Source: an uncultured Gemmatimonadales bacterium (GTDB lineage Bacteria; Gemmatimonadota; Gemmatimonadetes; Longimicrobiales; Gaopeijiaceae). From it: DNA of 64,000 nucleotides. Under the pieces are notes generated by a model that was given only the letters and a program-made list of their open reading frames with translations, ran no database searches and was not told the origin of the DNA. The DNA lies in contig CAWGKG010000021.1 in the NCBI GenBank assembly GCA_963823035.1, positions 64,001-128,000 of the forward strand. Reading direction: 5' to 3'. Positions within the stretch are counted from its first letter, which is position 1. Each line of letters begins with the position of its first letter. Shown one piece after another: positions 10,104 through 22,590 of this stretch. The position numbers and the translations under genes are program-made.

Positions 10104-11483
10104 TCACACCTCCTCGGGATGGCTGGCGTGGACGTGGGTCGGCCCGGCGGCGATCTCCCTCTGGGCCAGGAAGAGGAAGAGGATGCCGAGCACGAGGTAC
10201 ATCCCCATGAATCCGATGAGGGAGAAGAGGGTGTTGCCCGCCTGCACGTTGGGCGAGGAGCCCACCGCGGTGCGCATCACACCCCAGACGACCCAGGGCT
10301 GCCGGCCGAGCTCCGCGGTCATCCACCCCGTCGTGTTGGCGATGAAGGGGAAGGGTGCGGCCAGCATGAGCATCCACAGCGCGGGGCGGGTCGTGGACAG
10401 CTTCCCGCGCCAGAGGAGGAAGCCGGCGATGGCCATCACCGCGATGAAGATCGTGCCGAGCCCCACCATGATGTGGTAGGCGTAGTAGAGGAGCGGCACG
10501 TTGTCGGGCCAGTCCTCGCGCGGGAAGGAGGTGAGCCCCTCGACCCGCGCGTTCCAACGCCGGTAGGTCAGGAAGCTCAACACCCCGGGCACCTCGAGCG
10601 GGTTGTCCAGCTGGAGCGTCGTCATGTCCGGCTGACCGATCAGCACCAGCCCGGCCGGCTCGCCGGTCTCGAAGAGCCCCTCCATCGCGGCGAACGTCGG
10701 CGGCTGCCAGCGTGGCCACCGCGCCCGCCTGCTTGTCGCCGGTGGGAAGCGCCATGAGCACGGCCGCGATCAGCCCGGTCGGCACGGCCACGCGCAGGAA
10801 CAGCCGTCCGTAGACGGCGTCCTCCCGGGACGTGGCCCCGTCGCCAGAGGGGTCGGCGACCAGGAGGTAATACGCGCCTACCGCGGCCACCGTGAACGAT
10901 CCGGTCACCACGGCGCCGACCATCGTATGCGCATACTGCCAGACGAGCCACGGATTGCCGAGGAGGGCACCGAGGCTCTCGATGGCCATGCGTCCGTCGG
11001 CGTCCGACGGTGTGGCCGACGGGGTGCTGCATCCACGCGTTCGTGGCGACGATGAAGAAGCCGGAGATCCACGATCCCAGCCACACGGCGACGGCGGCCC
11101 CGAAGTGCGCACGCCGGCCCGAGGCGGTCGCGACCGAACAGGAAGAGCGCGAGGAAGGACGACTCCAGGAAGAACGCGAACACGCCTTCCATGGCCAGCG
11201 TCTGGCCGATCACCCCGCCCGTGGTGTCGGAGAAGCGGGCCCAGTTCGTGCCGAACTGGAACTCCATGGGGATCCCCGTGACCACGCCCATGAGGAAGGA
11301 GAGGCCGAAGATGCGCGCCCAGAAGAGGGCGGCGCGGTCCCAGCGCTCGTCGCCCGTGCGCAGGCCGATCCCCTGAAGGAGGACGATGAGCAGTCCGAGC
11401 CCCATCGTGAGCTGCGGGAAGAGGTAGTGATAGGACGCCGTGAAGGCGAAGTGGAATCGATGGTAGAGGAGTGCCTGGTCCAT
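10104..11483 (-). CDS. cydA: Cytochrome bd ubiquinol oxidase subunit I, short Q-loop type (several frameshifts)
   Basis: RFHFAFTASYHYLFPQLTMG, GIPMEFQFGTNW, AMEGVFAFFLES, NAWMQHP, GWMTAELGRQPW. Confidence 0.93.
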
Positions 11484-11697
11484 GACGCGCCGCTTTCCTG
11501 GGTAGGAAGCAGGTGGACGCGGGGCCCGCCTGGGGCAGGCACCGTCGGGCGAAATATCCCGGAAGATAACCGGGACCCCGCGGACGATCCCCCCTCCCCC
11601 TCCCCGGGGGGTTCGCCATGCGGCGACCCGGGGGGCGCGCGTCGACGCCTCCGTCACGGGTGGGTGGCGTCAGCCGGATCCAAGAACCGGAGCACCC

Positions 11698-12347
11698 GTG
11701 CCCGACGCCCCCGATACGCCCAGGACCCGCCTCGTCCGCGTCACCTGCCGGGGGGGTTCCCGCCTCCGCTCGCGATCGCGCCGTGGAGCTCCTGACGCGC
11801 GGCTTCTCCGACGATCGTCTGTCGGAGACCGAGCTGGAGGCGATGCTCGATCGCGTCTACGCGGCGCGCACGATGGCCGAGCTCGCGCTCGTGACGTCGC
11901 GCGCTGACGCCGGAGGAGCCGTCGCCGGCCGAGGACCTCCACGGGGAACGCCGATGGCCGTCCGCTCCGACTCGGCCGGCGCGCTGGCCCGGCAGAGGCG
12001 GATCTCCGCCTTCCTCTCGGGGCAGAGCCTAAGCCTCACGGGCGCGGTGCCCGAGGAGCTCGAGGTGCGGTCGCGCCTCGGGTCACGTCGAGCTGGACCT
12101 CACCGGACGCCACCTTCCGGCCCGGCGTGACAGTCATCGAAGTGCGCGCGGTGATGGGCTACGTGGAGATCCGCCTCCCCCCGGACGTGCAGCGTGGAGA
12201 GCGAGGGGCGTGCCTTCATGGGCTACTTCGCCATGAGGGGCGCCGGCCCAGCCGTCCGACTCGGTCGTGCGCATCACCGGGCGGGCGGTCATGGGTTACG
12301 TCGAGTGCTTCGTCGCCAGGCGGGAGCGGGACGAGCCTACGCGCTGA
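11698..12347 (+). CDS. DUF1707 (SHOCT-like) domain protein with LiaF-like C-terminal beta domain (frameshifted)
   Basis: RDRAVELLTRGFSDDRLSETELEAMLDRVYAARTMAEL, followed in shifted frames by ELDLT, IEVRAVMGYVEIRLPP and VRITGRAVMGYVE. Confidence 0.7.
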
Positions 12348-12387
12348 CCCCTTTCCTCCGGCCGGTCCTTGTCGCACCATCCTTCAC

Positions 12388-14524
12388 ATGGACATGCAAC
12401 GTGGGTTCGCGATCGTTCTGAGCGCCGTCCTCTCCCTCCCCGCGACGGCCGCCGCCCAGACCCCGGACACGCTCCGGCCCGGACGTTTCGACTTCGGCAA
12501 GATGTGGACGTTCGAATACGCTCCGGCCGAGTACTTCTCCACCACCTACGGCTTCGACGCCTCGCCCGAGTGGTTCGAGCGCGCCCGCCTCGCGGCGCTG
12601 CGCATTCCGGGCTGTTCGGCGTCGTTCGTGTCGCCGCATGGCCTGGTGGTCACGAACCACCACTGCGCGCGCGGCTCGATCAGCGCGGTGAGCCGCCCGG
12701 GCGAGAGCCTCCTCGACGACGGCTTCTACGCGACCTCCCTCGACGAGGAGCGGCCGATCCCCGGGATGTGGGCCGACCAGCTCCTGTCGGCGCTGGACGT
12801 GAGCGCGGAGATCTACGCCGCGATGGACGCCGCTCCCGAGTCGGGGCGCGCCGCGGCGCGCGAGACGGGCGATCGGCGAGGTGCAACGGCGCCTCCAGGC
12901 CGAGCACGCCGACGTGAACGGCGTGCGGGTGCAGGTGGTTCCGCTCTACAACGGCGGCCGCTACTCGGCGTACGTCTTCCGCAGGTTCACGGACATCCGC
13001 CTGGTGGCGGCGGCCGAGTTGAACCTGGGCTTCTTCGGCGGCGATCCGGACAACTTCACGTACCCTCGCTACGCGCTCGACTTCGCCTTCTACCGCGTCT
13101 ACGAGAACGGCGAGCCGTACACCTCCAGCCACTGGTTCACGTGGGGGGATGGCGTGGCGGAGGGCGACCCGGTCTTCGTCATCGGCAACCCCGGGCCGAC
13201 CAACCGGCTCCAGACGGTCGCCCAGCTCGAGTACCAGCGCGACGTGCTGGTGCCCGTGCGCAAGGCGTTCTTCGAGACGCGCCTCGATGCGCTGCGGGAC
13301 GCCTACGCCGCGGACCCGGCGGAAGGCGAGCGGCTGGGGCTGCGCAACCAGGCCTTCTCGCTCTCCAACTCGCTCAAGGCATACACGGGCCGCCTGGAAG
13401 CGCTGCGTGACCCGGAGATCCTCGGGCTCAAGCGGGCGGCCGAGGCCGAGCTGCTGCAGCGCCTGGCGGCCGATCCGCAGCTCTCCGCTCGCTATGGCTC
13501 GGTGGTGGACGGGCTCGCCCGCATCCAGCAGGAGCGCAGGGAGCTGGCCGAGGAGTCGGGCGCGTTCTACAACGTGGCGAACCCCACCTACGGATCGCGC
13601 ACGCTGGCGCGCGCCTTCATGGCGGTGCCGCTCGTGGACGCCGCAACGATGCCGCCCGACAGCGCACGGGCCCGCCGCGCCGCGATCGCCGCGGTACCCG
13701 ATCACCCCGGCGACCTGGAGGAGGAGCTGCTCCGCCTGCGCCTCGCCGACCTGGAGCGCTACCTCGGTGCCGACGACCCGCTGGTGGCGACCGCCCTGGA
13801 AGGGCGCTCTCCCGAAGGCGCGGCCGCGTCGATGCTGCGGCGTTCGGCGTTTGCTTCGGCGGCGCGGGTATCGGGGCTCGGGGACGCCCTCGGTGCGAAC
13901 GTCGCGTCCGATGCGGCGATCACGCTGGCCGCGGGACTCGCCGAGCGCATCGCGGCGTTCCGCGACAGGGAGCGTGACCTCGCGGGGCGCGAGCAGGAGC
14001 TGGCGGCCGACCTCGGCCGCGCCCGCTTCGAGGTGTACGGAACCGAGGTCGCGCCGGACGCCACGTCGTCGCCGCGCATCACGGACGGGGTGGTCATGCC
14101 CTACGCGTACAACGGGACGTTGGCCCCGACCCACACGACCTTCTTCGGCGTCTACGACCGGTACTACAGTCATCTCGGCGACCCGGACTGGGCTCTCCCG
14201 GCGCGGTGGGTGCCGGTGCCGGACGGGTTGGACCTGTCCACGCCGCTCGACTTCATCTCCACGGCCGACACCTACGGCGGCAACTCGGGCTCGCCGGCGG
14301 TCACACGCGACCTCGCGCTGGTCGGGCTCAACTTCGACCGCAACGTCGAAGGCCTCAGCCGGGACTTCATCTACCTCCCGGAGCGTGGGCGCAACATCAT
14401 GGTGGACGTGCGGGCCGTCCGTGAGGCGCTCGACGTGGTCTACGACGCCGACCGCATCGTGCTGGAGATCCTCACCGGTCGGATGGTGCGTACCGAGGCG
14501 GAGGCCGACGCGGCGGGTCGCTGA
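12388..14524 (+). CDS. S46 family dipeptidyl peptidase (frameshift near 12875)
   Basis: Signal peptide, GKMWTFE, GCSASFVSPHGLVVTNHHC (His), FFGGDPDNFTYPRY.LDFAF (Asp), GGNSGSP (Ser), GLNFD. Confidence 0.93.
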
Positions 14525-14551
14525 CGACCCACTGACCTTCGGCAGCTCGCG

Positions 14552-16555
14552 TCAGCTCGGACCCATGAGGTTCCAGATCCAGAGCTGCCAGCCGAAGGTG
14601 ACCAGGAGGACGGCAAGCAGGGTGTAGGCAAGGCGCGCGCTCGTGGAGCCGCGCCTGGCCGCCCACGCCCTCGCGGCGAGGAGGACGGCGAGCAGGCCGA
14701 GGAGCGCGCCCAACACCGGCAGCCACACGAGCGCGCGCATCGGACCTACGTGGCCGAGCGCGACTTGATTCGTGTCGGTGAGGACGATACCGAGCCCGAC
14801 CGCGAAGGCGAGGTATACGACCGCGCCGATCCACCCAACCGCCCGCGCGCCGAACGGGAGCGCGTCCTGGAGCGTGAAGGCGTGCCTCCATCGGAACCAC
14901 CCCTGCACCGGCAGCGCGAAGGCCGCGAGCAGGAAGACGGCGATCGCGAGAGCGCCGAGCACCCCGTGCAGCACGGGGTCTTCCGACAGGGGCACCCGCT
15001 CCCACGCCGCGTAGGGCGTATCGCCCAGGAACATGTGCGTGATGTTCCCGTCGTCGTCCCCGCGAAAGGCGATCACGCGGTCGCTGTTGGCGGCGCGGAA
15101 GGTCAGGGGGGCGGTCTCGATGAAGAGGCGGTCGTCACCGAAGTGGATCGCCAGGGCGGTGTCCCCCGCGTTCGAGACGTTCACGGCCTGGAGCGCCGCG
15201 ACCTTCAGGAAGTCGGTGTGCACGAAGCGGTTCGAGCGGAAGCGCCCGGTGAAGCGATCCGCGCGCGTGGCGAAGTCCGCGGGTGGGCGGAGCCGGGCGG
15301 GCTCCATTCCGCTGCGGAAGGCATGTCGCACGAAGTCGGCGACGAACGTACCCGGCCCGGACGCCGCCGTGTTCATCGAGATGAACACCCCGACGTCGTG
15401 CTCGGGGAGGAGCGTGAGCTGGGAGTGGAACCAGAAGGTGTCGCCGCCGTGGCCGATCATGTGCTCGCCGTAGCGGCTCAGGTCCGCGAAGCCGTGCAGG
15501 AACGGATTCACCGTGGGGCCGTTGCGGAAGAGCACGGACTGCATCTCGCGGGCGGTCGCCTCCTGCAGGATACGCGCGTCGCCGAGCCGCCCGAGCTGCA
15601 GATGGGCGGTCATGAAGCGGGCCATGTCGGTCGCCGTCGAGCTGCACGCGCCTATGGCGCCCAGCGGTACCAGCTCGAACGCCTGCGCTTTCGTGCCTCC
15701 CGCCTTGTAGCCGACCGACATGTCGTCGGCCAGTCCTTCCGGAAGGGGTTGGCGGAAGGTGGTGTGCGTCATCCCCAGGGGCTCGAGGATATGGCGCTCG
15801 ATGTACTCGATCCACGGCTCACCGGAGACGTCCTGCACGACCTGCATCGCGAGCGCCGTCCCGTGGTTCGAGTACGACGTCACGTCGCCCGGTGGCCGTA
15901 CACGGGCCGGCATCTGCTCGGCGAGCACCTCCTCCATGGGTCGCATGGCCGCGGTGTCGTCGGCGAACAGCCCGATCACCTTGTCTTCGAAACCCGCCGA
16001 GTGCGTCATGAGGTCGGCCAGCGTGACCGGGCGGTCGAAGGCGTCCGGGACGCGGAGGTTCTTCAGGTAGTGGTTCACGTCCTCGTGCAGATCGAGGCGA
16101 CCCTGCTCGACCAGCTGCATGACGGACGTCCACACGAAGAGCTTGGAGATCGAGCCGATCCGGAAGAGTGTCCGGTCCGCCTGTACGGGGCGGCGCGCGT
16201 CCACGTCGGCCAACCCGTACCCCCTCGCGAACACGGTCCGTCCGTTCGCGACGACGGAGACCGTGGCGCCGGCCACGTGCGTGGCGCCGAGGCGTGCCTT
16301 CATCCATCCGTCGATCCACGCGGCCATCGCTGCCGAGTCCGGGAGCGCGGGGGCGCCCGTGGAGTCGGAGGCCTCGACCGCGGCCGTCGCGGGCACGGTC
16401 TGCGCGAGCGCCGGCGGAGCGAGCGTGGCGGAGAGGATCGCCGCTCCCCACGAGAGGAGCGCGGTGGTCGGAGCCGGGGTGTGGAGCGATGCGGGCACGG
16501 CGGGCGGTCCTGTGCGAGGAGCCGGGAGAGTAGGCGATCTCCAGCGCTCGCGCAC
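14552..16555 (-). CDS. Beta-lactamase/AmpC-fold serine hydrolase with C-terminal transmembrane helices
   Basis: FRIGSISK (SxxK), LMTHSAGF, YSN, GHGGD, and four hydrophobic C-terminal segments. Start codon uncertain. Confidence 0.9.
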   Translation of the reverse strand: MRERWRSPTLPAPRTGPPAVPASLHTPAPTTALLSWGAAILSATLAPPALAQTVPATAAVEASDSTGAPALPDSAAMAAWIDGWMKARLGATHVAGATVSVVANGRTVFARGYGLADVDARRPVQADRTLFRIGSISKLFVWTSVMQLVEQGRLDLHEDVNHYLKNLRVPDAFDRPVTLADLMTHSAGFEDKVIGLFADDTAAMRPMEEVLAEQMPARVRPPGDVTSYSNHGTALAMQVVQDVSGEPWIEYIERHILEPLGMTHTTFRQPLPEGLADDMSVGYKAGGTKAQAFELVPLGAIGACSSTATDMARFMTAHLQLGRLGDARILQEATAREMQSVLFRNGPTVNPFLHGFADLSRYGEHMIGHGGDTFWFHSQLTLLPEHDVGVFISMNTAASGPGTFVADFVRHAFRSGMEPARLRPPADFATRADRFTGRFRSNRFVHTDFLKVAALQAVNVSNAGDTALAIHFGDDRLFIETAPLTFRAANSDRVIAFRGDDDGNITHMFLGDTPYAAWERVPLSEDPVLHGVLGALAIAVFLLAAFALPVQGWFRWRHAFTLQDALPFGARAVGWIGAVVYLAFAVGLGIVLTDTNQVALGHVGPMRALVWLPVLGALLGLLAVLLAARAWAARRGSTSARLAYTLLAVLLVTFGWQLWIWNLMGPS

Positions 16556-16588
16556 GACCCCCCGGAGGTTACGGGGAGTGTGCGCCCG

Positions 16589-17206
16589 CTACCCCTCGTC
16601 GCCGCTGTGGGGGTTCATCCCCCTGGCGATCATGAGGTGATGCCGTTGGTGGTGGCTGCCGTCCACCATGAATCCGTAGAACCCGAGCGCGCGTAGACGG
16701 ACCACCTCGTCGGGGCGTGGCGTCGTCCAGGTGATGACGAGATCGCTCCCGCGATCCTGGACATCGACGCTCCACCCCCGGTCGGTGCCGACCATCGTCG
16801 CGTGCGCCTGGACCATGCGGCGGGCCGCGCCGAGCACGTCCGCCGAGCCCGAAACGGTCATTGCCACGCCGCCCTCGACGGGCGCCTGCGCCACCCGTGC
16901 GTCGACCATCACCCTGTCCATGTCCACCAGGTGGTCGTGCAGCGCGGCGATGTCGACCCGCGACCAGTCGGTGTCGGGATCCGCCTGGAGGATCGCCACG
17001 ATCTCGGAGATCGCGGCGAACGTCGCCTGTCCGGCCTGGGTCGGTATGGCGCCGGTCGCCTCGCCGGCCATGTGGGCCTCGTGCATGCTCTGCGCGAGGA
17101 GGCCACCGCCCGGCGCGAACCCGAGCCCACACGCCAGGAGTGCGACGGCGAGGACGGGGCGGAGGGCCGGAGGCGTGCGCTGCGGGATGTCGGCGTTTCG
17201 CTTCAT
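16589..17206 (-). CDS. Secreted His/Met-rich hypothetical protein (putative metal-binding)
   Basis: Signal-like N-terminus, SMHEAHM, LHDHLVDM, MVQAHATM, C-terminal GSHHQRHHLMIARG.NPH. GGAG RBS before the ATG at 17206. Confidence 0.75.
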   Translation of the reverse strand: MKRNADIPQRTPPALRPVLAVALLACGLGFAPGGGLLAQSMHEAHMAGEATGAIPTQAGQATFAAISEIVAILQADPDTDWSRVDIAALHDHLVDMDRVMVDARVAQAPVEGGVAMTVSGSADVLGAARRMVQAHATMVGTDRGWSVDVQDRGSDLVITWTTPRPDEVVRLRALGFYGFMVDGSHHQRHHLMIARGMNPHSGDEG

Positions 17207-17311
17207 GGGGAGCTCCAGGGATCGAGGGGCAGACCGCGCGGGGCGAACGGTCCCGGCAGCCGGTGCGGCGGCACGATGGCGCACAGGATGGGGCGTAGCG
17301 CAGCCCTTCGC

Positions 17312-17327
17312 TATGACCACGGTCACA
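17312..17327. promoter_or_regulatory. CRP/FNR-type operator TATGA-N6-TCACA
   Basis: TATGACCACGGTCACA is one mismatch from TGTGA-N6-TCACA and sits between the divergent Crp/Fnr gene and the His-rich gene. Confidence 0.65.
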
Positions 17328-17405
17328 ATCCGATTCCGCCCGCGCGTGGCGGCGGGAACCGAGGGGACCCCGGGAGTGTCCGAGCAAGCGCACCGGGAGG
17401 GGACC

Positions 17406-18110
17406 ATGCACATCGACGAGCTACGGCGCATCCGCACCTTCCAGACCGTCGGCGACGCCGCGGCGCGCATCCTCGTGGAACGGGCGGTTGAGCGTCCGTT
17501 CCCGGCCGGGAGCGTCATCTGGCGCCAGGGGGCCCGGGCGGAGGCCCTCCACGTTCTCTGCGCCGGTAGCGCGAGGGCGGTGTGCTCGCGCGGTGGCCGC
17601 GAGGCCGTGGTGCACCGGGCCCGCGCGGGCGACACGCTCGGCGAGATCCCCCTCTTCGATGGCGGGCCCTATCCGGCGTCGCTCGTGGCCGAGTCCCCCG
17701 TGCGGATGCTGACGATCGACCGCGAGAGCCTGATGGCGGCGATGAGACTCGACATGGGGCTCGCGATGACCTTCCTGCGCGCTCTCGGGCACCGTGTGCG
17801 CGAGCTGGCCCTCCGCCTGGAGGCGCGCATGGCGGACCCGGTCGGCACACGGCTCGCGCGGCACCTCCTCGCCCGAGCCGACGCCTCTGTACGCCTGGAC
17901 TTCCATCTGGGGATGACGCAGGCCGCGCTCGCGCACGACCTCGGCACGGTGCGCGAGGTCGTCGCGCGCCGTCTGGGTGACCTGGTCCGGTCCGGGGTGC
18001 TCGCGCGCACGGGGCGCTCGCGCTTCCGCGTGGCGGATCGCCGACGACTCGAAGGCCTGGTCGGCGACGAGCCGCCCGCGGGTTTGCCGGCAACCGCCCC
18101 CCTTCCGTAG
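17406..18110 (+). CDS. Crp/Fnr family transcriptional regulator
   Basis: cNMP-binding-like domain (GDTLGEIPLFDGGPYPAS) and HTH (TQAALAHDLGTVREVVARRL). GGAGG RBS. Confidence 0.92.
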   Translation: MHIDELRRIRTFQTVGDAAARILVERAVERPFPAGSVIWRQGARAEALHVLCAGSARAVCSRGGREAVVHRARAGDTLGEIPLFDGGPYPASLVAESPVRMLTIDRESLMAAMRLDMGLAMTFLRALGHRVRELALRLEARMADPVGTRLARHLLARADASVRLDFHLGMTQAALAHDLGTVREVVARRLGDLVRSGVLARTGRSRFRVADRRRLEGLVGDEPPAGLPATAPLP

Positions 18111-18179
18111 ACTCGCCCCCACCCGGGGGCCCCGGCCCCATCCTTCGCTCCACTGCGGGCGGCTCGAGACAGAGGTGTC

Positions 18180-18797
18180 GTGGACGTACTCACGGTACGC
18201 GGACTCACCCGCCGCTTCGGCGCCCATGTGGTGCTGGACGGCATCGACCTGTCCGTGGAGGCCGGCCGGATCGTGGTGCTACTCGGGCCCAACGGCGCCG
18301 GGAAGACGACCCTCCTCCGCTGCGTCGTCGGCGCGGATCGGGCGGACGCGGGGGAGATCCTCTTCGAGGGAACCCCGCTCGACGAGACGGACGCGGCGGT
18401 CCGCGCCGGCATGGCGGCAGCGCTCGACGACATCGACTTCTTTCCCGACCTCTCCGTGGTCGAGCATCTCGAGCTTCTCGCGTTCGCGCACGGCGGCGAC
18501 GGGGCGGCCGTCGCCGAGGTTCTGGCGGAGCTCGGCCTGGCGGGCGCGCGCGACCAGCTTCCGGCGACGCTCTCCAGCGGGCAGCGCAGGAGGCTCGCGC
18601 TCGCGTCCTGCTTCGTTCGCCCACGGCGACTCCTCGTGCTCGACGAGCCGGAGCAACGCCTGGACGTGCGCGGGCGGCGTTGGCTGGCCGATCGCCTCCT
18701 CCGCGAGAAGGCCGCGGGGACCGCCGTGGTCATGGCGTCGCACGACCCCGAGCTCGTCGAGCGGGTGGCGGACATCCGCTTCGAGATCGGCGCGTGA
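18180..18797 (+). CDS. ABC transporter ATP-binding protein
   Basis: Walker A GPNGAGKTT, signature LSSGQRRR, Walker B LLVLDEP, H-loop ASHD. Confidence 0.93.
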   Translation: MDVLTVRGLTRRFGAHVVLDGIDLSVEAGRIVVLLGPNGAGKTTLLRCVVGADRADAGEILFEGTPLDETDAAVRAGMAAALDDIDFFPDLSVVEHLELLAFAHGGDGAAVAEVLAELGLAGARDQLPATLSSGQRRRLALASCFVRPRRLLVLDEPEQRLDVRGRRWLADRLLREKAAGTAVVMASHDPELVERVADIRFEIGA

Positions 18798-20194
18798 GCG
18801 TCGGCACCGTGGTGATGCCGCCGTCGGCGCGTAAACTGCGGCGACGGGTGCGCCGTGCTCGGCATGCCCATCATGGACGGTCGTTCGGGGACGCCTTCTA
18901 CGACCTGTACGTCTTTCTGTGGGTGTTCGGCGTCTACGGTGGCATCCTGGGCACCGCGATCGTCCGGCACCTGCGAAGCGCGGCGCCGCGCGTACCCGTC
19001 GGGACGCACTGGCTCGTGATCGCGGCACTCCTCGTCGCGGCCGGGCTGGCGTGGGGGGCGCTACGGATGGTGGGTCCCGTCCTCGTCACGCCCGCCGAAC
19101 GTACGTGGGTCGTGTCCGCGCCGGTGGAGCGGGGCGCGTTGCTGCGGCCGCGGATGATCGGGCTCCTCCTGGGCCTCGGTGTGGCCGGTGCCGTGGGCGC
19201 GGCGGCCGGCGCGATCGCCGTCCGGTCCGCGACGATGGGTTGGAGCGTGCTCGCGGGGGCCGCCGGAGGCATCGCGCTCGCCGCGACCGCGGTGGTGGCG
19301 CAGCGCTCCGGGGCGGAGTCGGGTGGGTGGGCTCGAGTACCGGGGGTGGTCCTGATGAGCGCGGGGTTGGCCACGTTGGGGGGGGTGGTGGCGGCTCCCG
19401 ACCTCGGCGTCACGCTGCCGCATCCCGCGGCGTCCGGCGCGCTCGTCCTCGCCGCGGGTGGCCTCGTCCTGGCCGCCGTGGCCACGGTCTCTGCGTGGCG
19501 CGACCTCGGTCGGCTCGACGCGGCGACGCTCGGCGCGGGTGCCCAGGTCGCGACCGCCAGCGTGACGGCGGCCGTGGGCCTGGACCCCTCGCTCCTGCTG
19601 AACGTCCTCGAGGTCCGGCGCTGGCGCAGGATCGGCAGTGTTCGCAGCCGGCCCTTCCACGCGTGGCCGGGCGCGCGGTCGCTGGTGCTCCTCGAGGCGG
19701 AGGCGCGGCGTCTCACGCGCCGCCCGGGCGCCCTGGCCGTATGGGGGGCGCTCGCGCTCGCCTACTACGCGGTGGTCATGGCGGCCCCTTCGTGGGCTCC
19801 CGTCGTGCGTCCGATCCTCGCGTACGTGGCGGCGGGCAGGTTGGCGGCCGGTTTGCGCGTGCTCGCCCGCGCCCCGGGACTGGCACGCTCGCTGGGCGTG
19901 GGGAACGCCACGCTCCGGGCGCTGCACACGATCGTGCCGGCGCTCGCGGCCGTGGCCTGGTGGCTGGTCACGGCGCCGGCGGGCGGCGCCTCCCCGGGAC
20001 AGGTGGACGTGGTGATCGTCGCCGGCGTGGTCGGGTCCGTCTACCGGGCCGCGACCAGCCCGCCGATGTCCTACGAGGGCATGGCGTTGGAGACACCGTT
20101 CGGCCTCTTCCCGGTGGATCTGGTGCGGCAGCTCCTACGCGGCCCCGACCTCCTGGGCGTGACGATCGTCCTCCGCTTGCTCGCGAGGGGGTAG
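18794..20194 (+). CDS. Polytopic membrane protein, probable ABC permease partner (DUF6297-like)
   Basis: GTGA overlap with the ATPase stop, about 10 hydrophobic helices, GPVLVTPAERTWVVSAPVER..LLRPR and ETPFG..P motifs. Confidence 0.7.
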   Translation: MSVGTVVMPPSARKLRRRVRRARHAHHGRSFGDAFYDLYVFLWVFGVYGGILGTAIVRHLRSAAPRVPVGTHWLVIAALLVAAGLAWGALRMVGPVLVTPAERTWVVSAPVERGALLRPRMIGLLLGLGVAGAVGAAAGAIAVRSATMGWSVLAGAAGGIALAATAVVAQRSGAESGGWARVPGVVLMSAGLATLGGVVAAPDLGVTLPHPAASGALVLAAGGLVLAAVATVSAWRDLGRLDAATLGAGAQVATASVTAAVGLDPSLLLNVLEVRRWRRIGSVRSRPFHAWPGARSLVLLEAEARRLTRRPGALAVWGALALAYYAVVMAAPSWAPVVRPILAYVAAGRLAAGLRVLARAPGLARSLGVGNATLRALHTIVPALAAVAWWLVTAPAGGASPGQVDVVIVAGVVGSVYRAATSPPMSYEGMALETPFGLFPVDLVRQLLRGPDLLGVTIVLRLLARG

Positions 20195-20231
20195 GGGCCC
20201 CGCGGAGCGCGTCGCTACGGTGCCTGAGCCC

Positions 20232-21566
<1,335 letters not shown>

Positions 21567-21679
21567 GGGCTCGTTCCGCTCCGGTGGCGGGGTGTTGGAC
21601 GACGTTCAGCGTCGCCGCGGTATGGTAACGTCCGGAGGGCGTTCTTTCTCCGTCGGACGACCTCTTCTAGGTTGCCGGG

Positions 21680-22501
21680 GTGTCCTCCAAGCCGGCCCTC
21701 CGTCCTCCGTCGTCCGCGGCCCTGGCCCTCCTCGCGGCGTCGGTCCTGGGCGCTGCCCTCTGCGTGGTACCGGATTCGGCGGCGGCGCAGACCATCCTGA
21801 ACGTGGAGCGCCTCCAGTCGCGCGAGACGCACGGCTGGCACGCGGGCGTCGAGGGGTCCCTCGACGTGGCGCGGGGCAACAGCGACCACACCAACCTCCT
21901 GGCGGGCGTGGCCGCGGGATACCGATGGCCTGCGGATTGGCTTCGCCTGTTCGCCGGGATCAGCTACAAGAACAAGGCCGACGGCGGCCTCGACAACGAC
22001 CGCTATCTCCACGTGCGCTACAACCACGAGTGGGTCGCGCGCCTGCAGTCCTTTCACTTCGTGCAGGTCCAGGTCGGCAGGACGGGCGTACTGCGCGATC
22101 GGCTCCTCCTCGGTAGCGGCCTCCGGCTCCGGGTGGCCGGCAACGACCGCACCGCCTTCGACGTCGGCACGGGCGCCATGTACGAACGGGAGAAGCTGGA
22201 CTCGGCCAGCATCCTCGACGACCATCCCGCCACCACGCGTGCGATGCGGATGGCGAACCTGGTGGTGCTCAACCGCCGGCTCCGGACGGACGTGCGCTTC
22301 GTGGGCGTCGGCTACCTGCAGCCGCGCTTCGACGACCTCGGGGACACGCGCACGCTCACCGACCTCTCGCTCCTGATCGCGCTCACGGACGAGGTCGACC
22401 TCGCGGTGCGCTTCCAGTGGCGCCACGACACGCGGCCGCCCGGGGGCGTCGAACCGGACGACTTCTCCTTCACGTCCGGCTTCACGGTGGCACTCCGCTA
22501 G
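21680..22501 (+). CDS. DUF481-like outer-membrane beta-barrel protein
   Basis: Signal peptide followed by QTILNVE, ARGNSD, and alternating amphipathic strands to the C-terminus. Confidence 0.75.
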   Translation: MSSKPALRPPSSAALALLAASVLGAALCVVPDSAAAQTILNVERLQSRETHGWHAGVEGSLDVARGNSDHTNLLAGVAAGYRWPADWLRLFAGISYKNKADGGLDNDRYLHVRYNHEWVARLQSFHFVQVQVGRTGVLRDRLLLGSGLRLRVAGNDRTAFDVGTGAMYEREKLDSASILDDHPATTRAMRMANLVVLNRRLRTDVRFVGVGYLQPRFDDLGDTRTLTDLSLLIALTDEVDLAVRFQWRHDTRPPGGVEPDDFSFTSGFTVALR

Positions 22502-22590
22502 ACAGGGAGGGCATTCGGCCCCGGGGATCGGCACCGAATCTCCTTGCTTCCCGCGAGCCGCGGCTCCTAGAGTGGGCGCGGGAGGGGCGT

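Noticed and set aside
9069..11483. Programmed frameshifting or phase variation in cydAB
   Set aside because: Several shifts per gene, not at evident slippery or simple-repeat tracts, and the same pattern occurs across the window.
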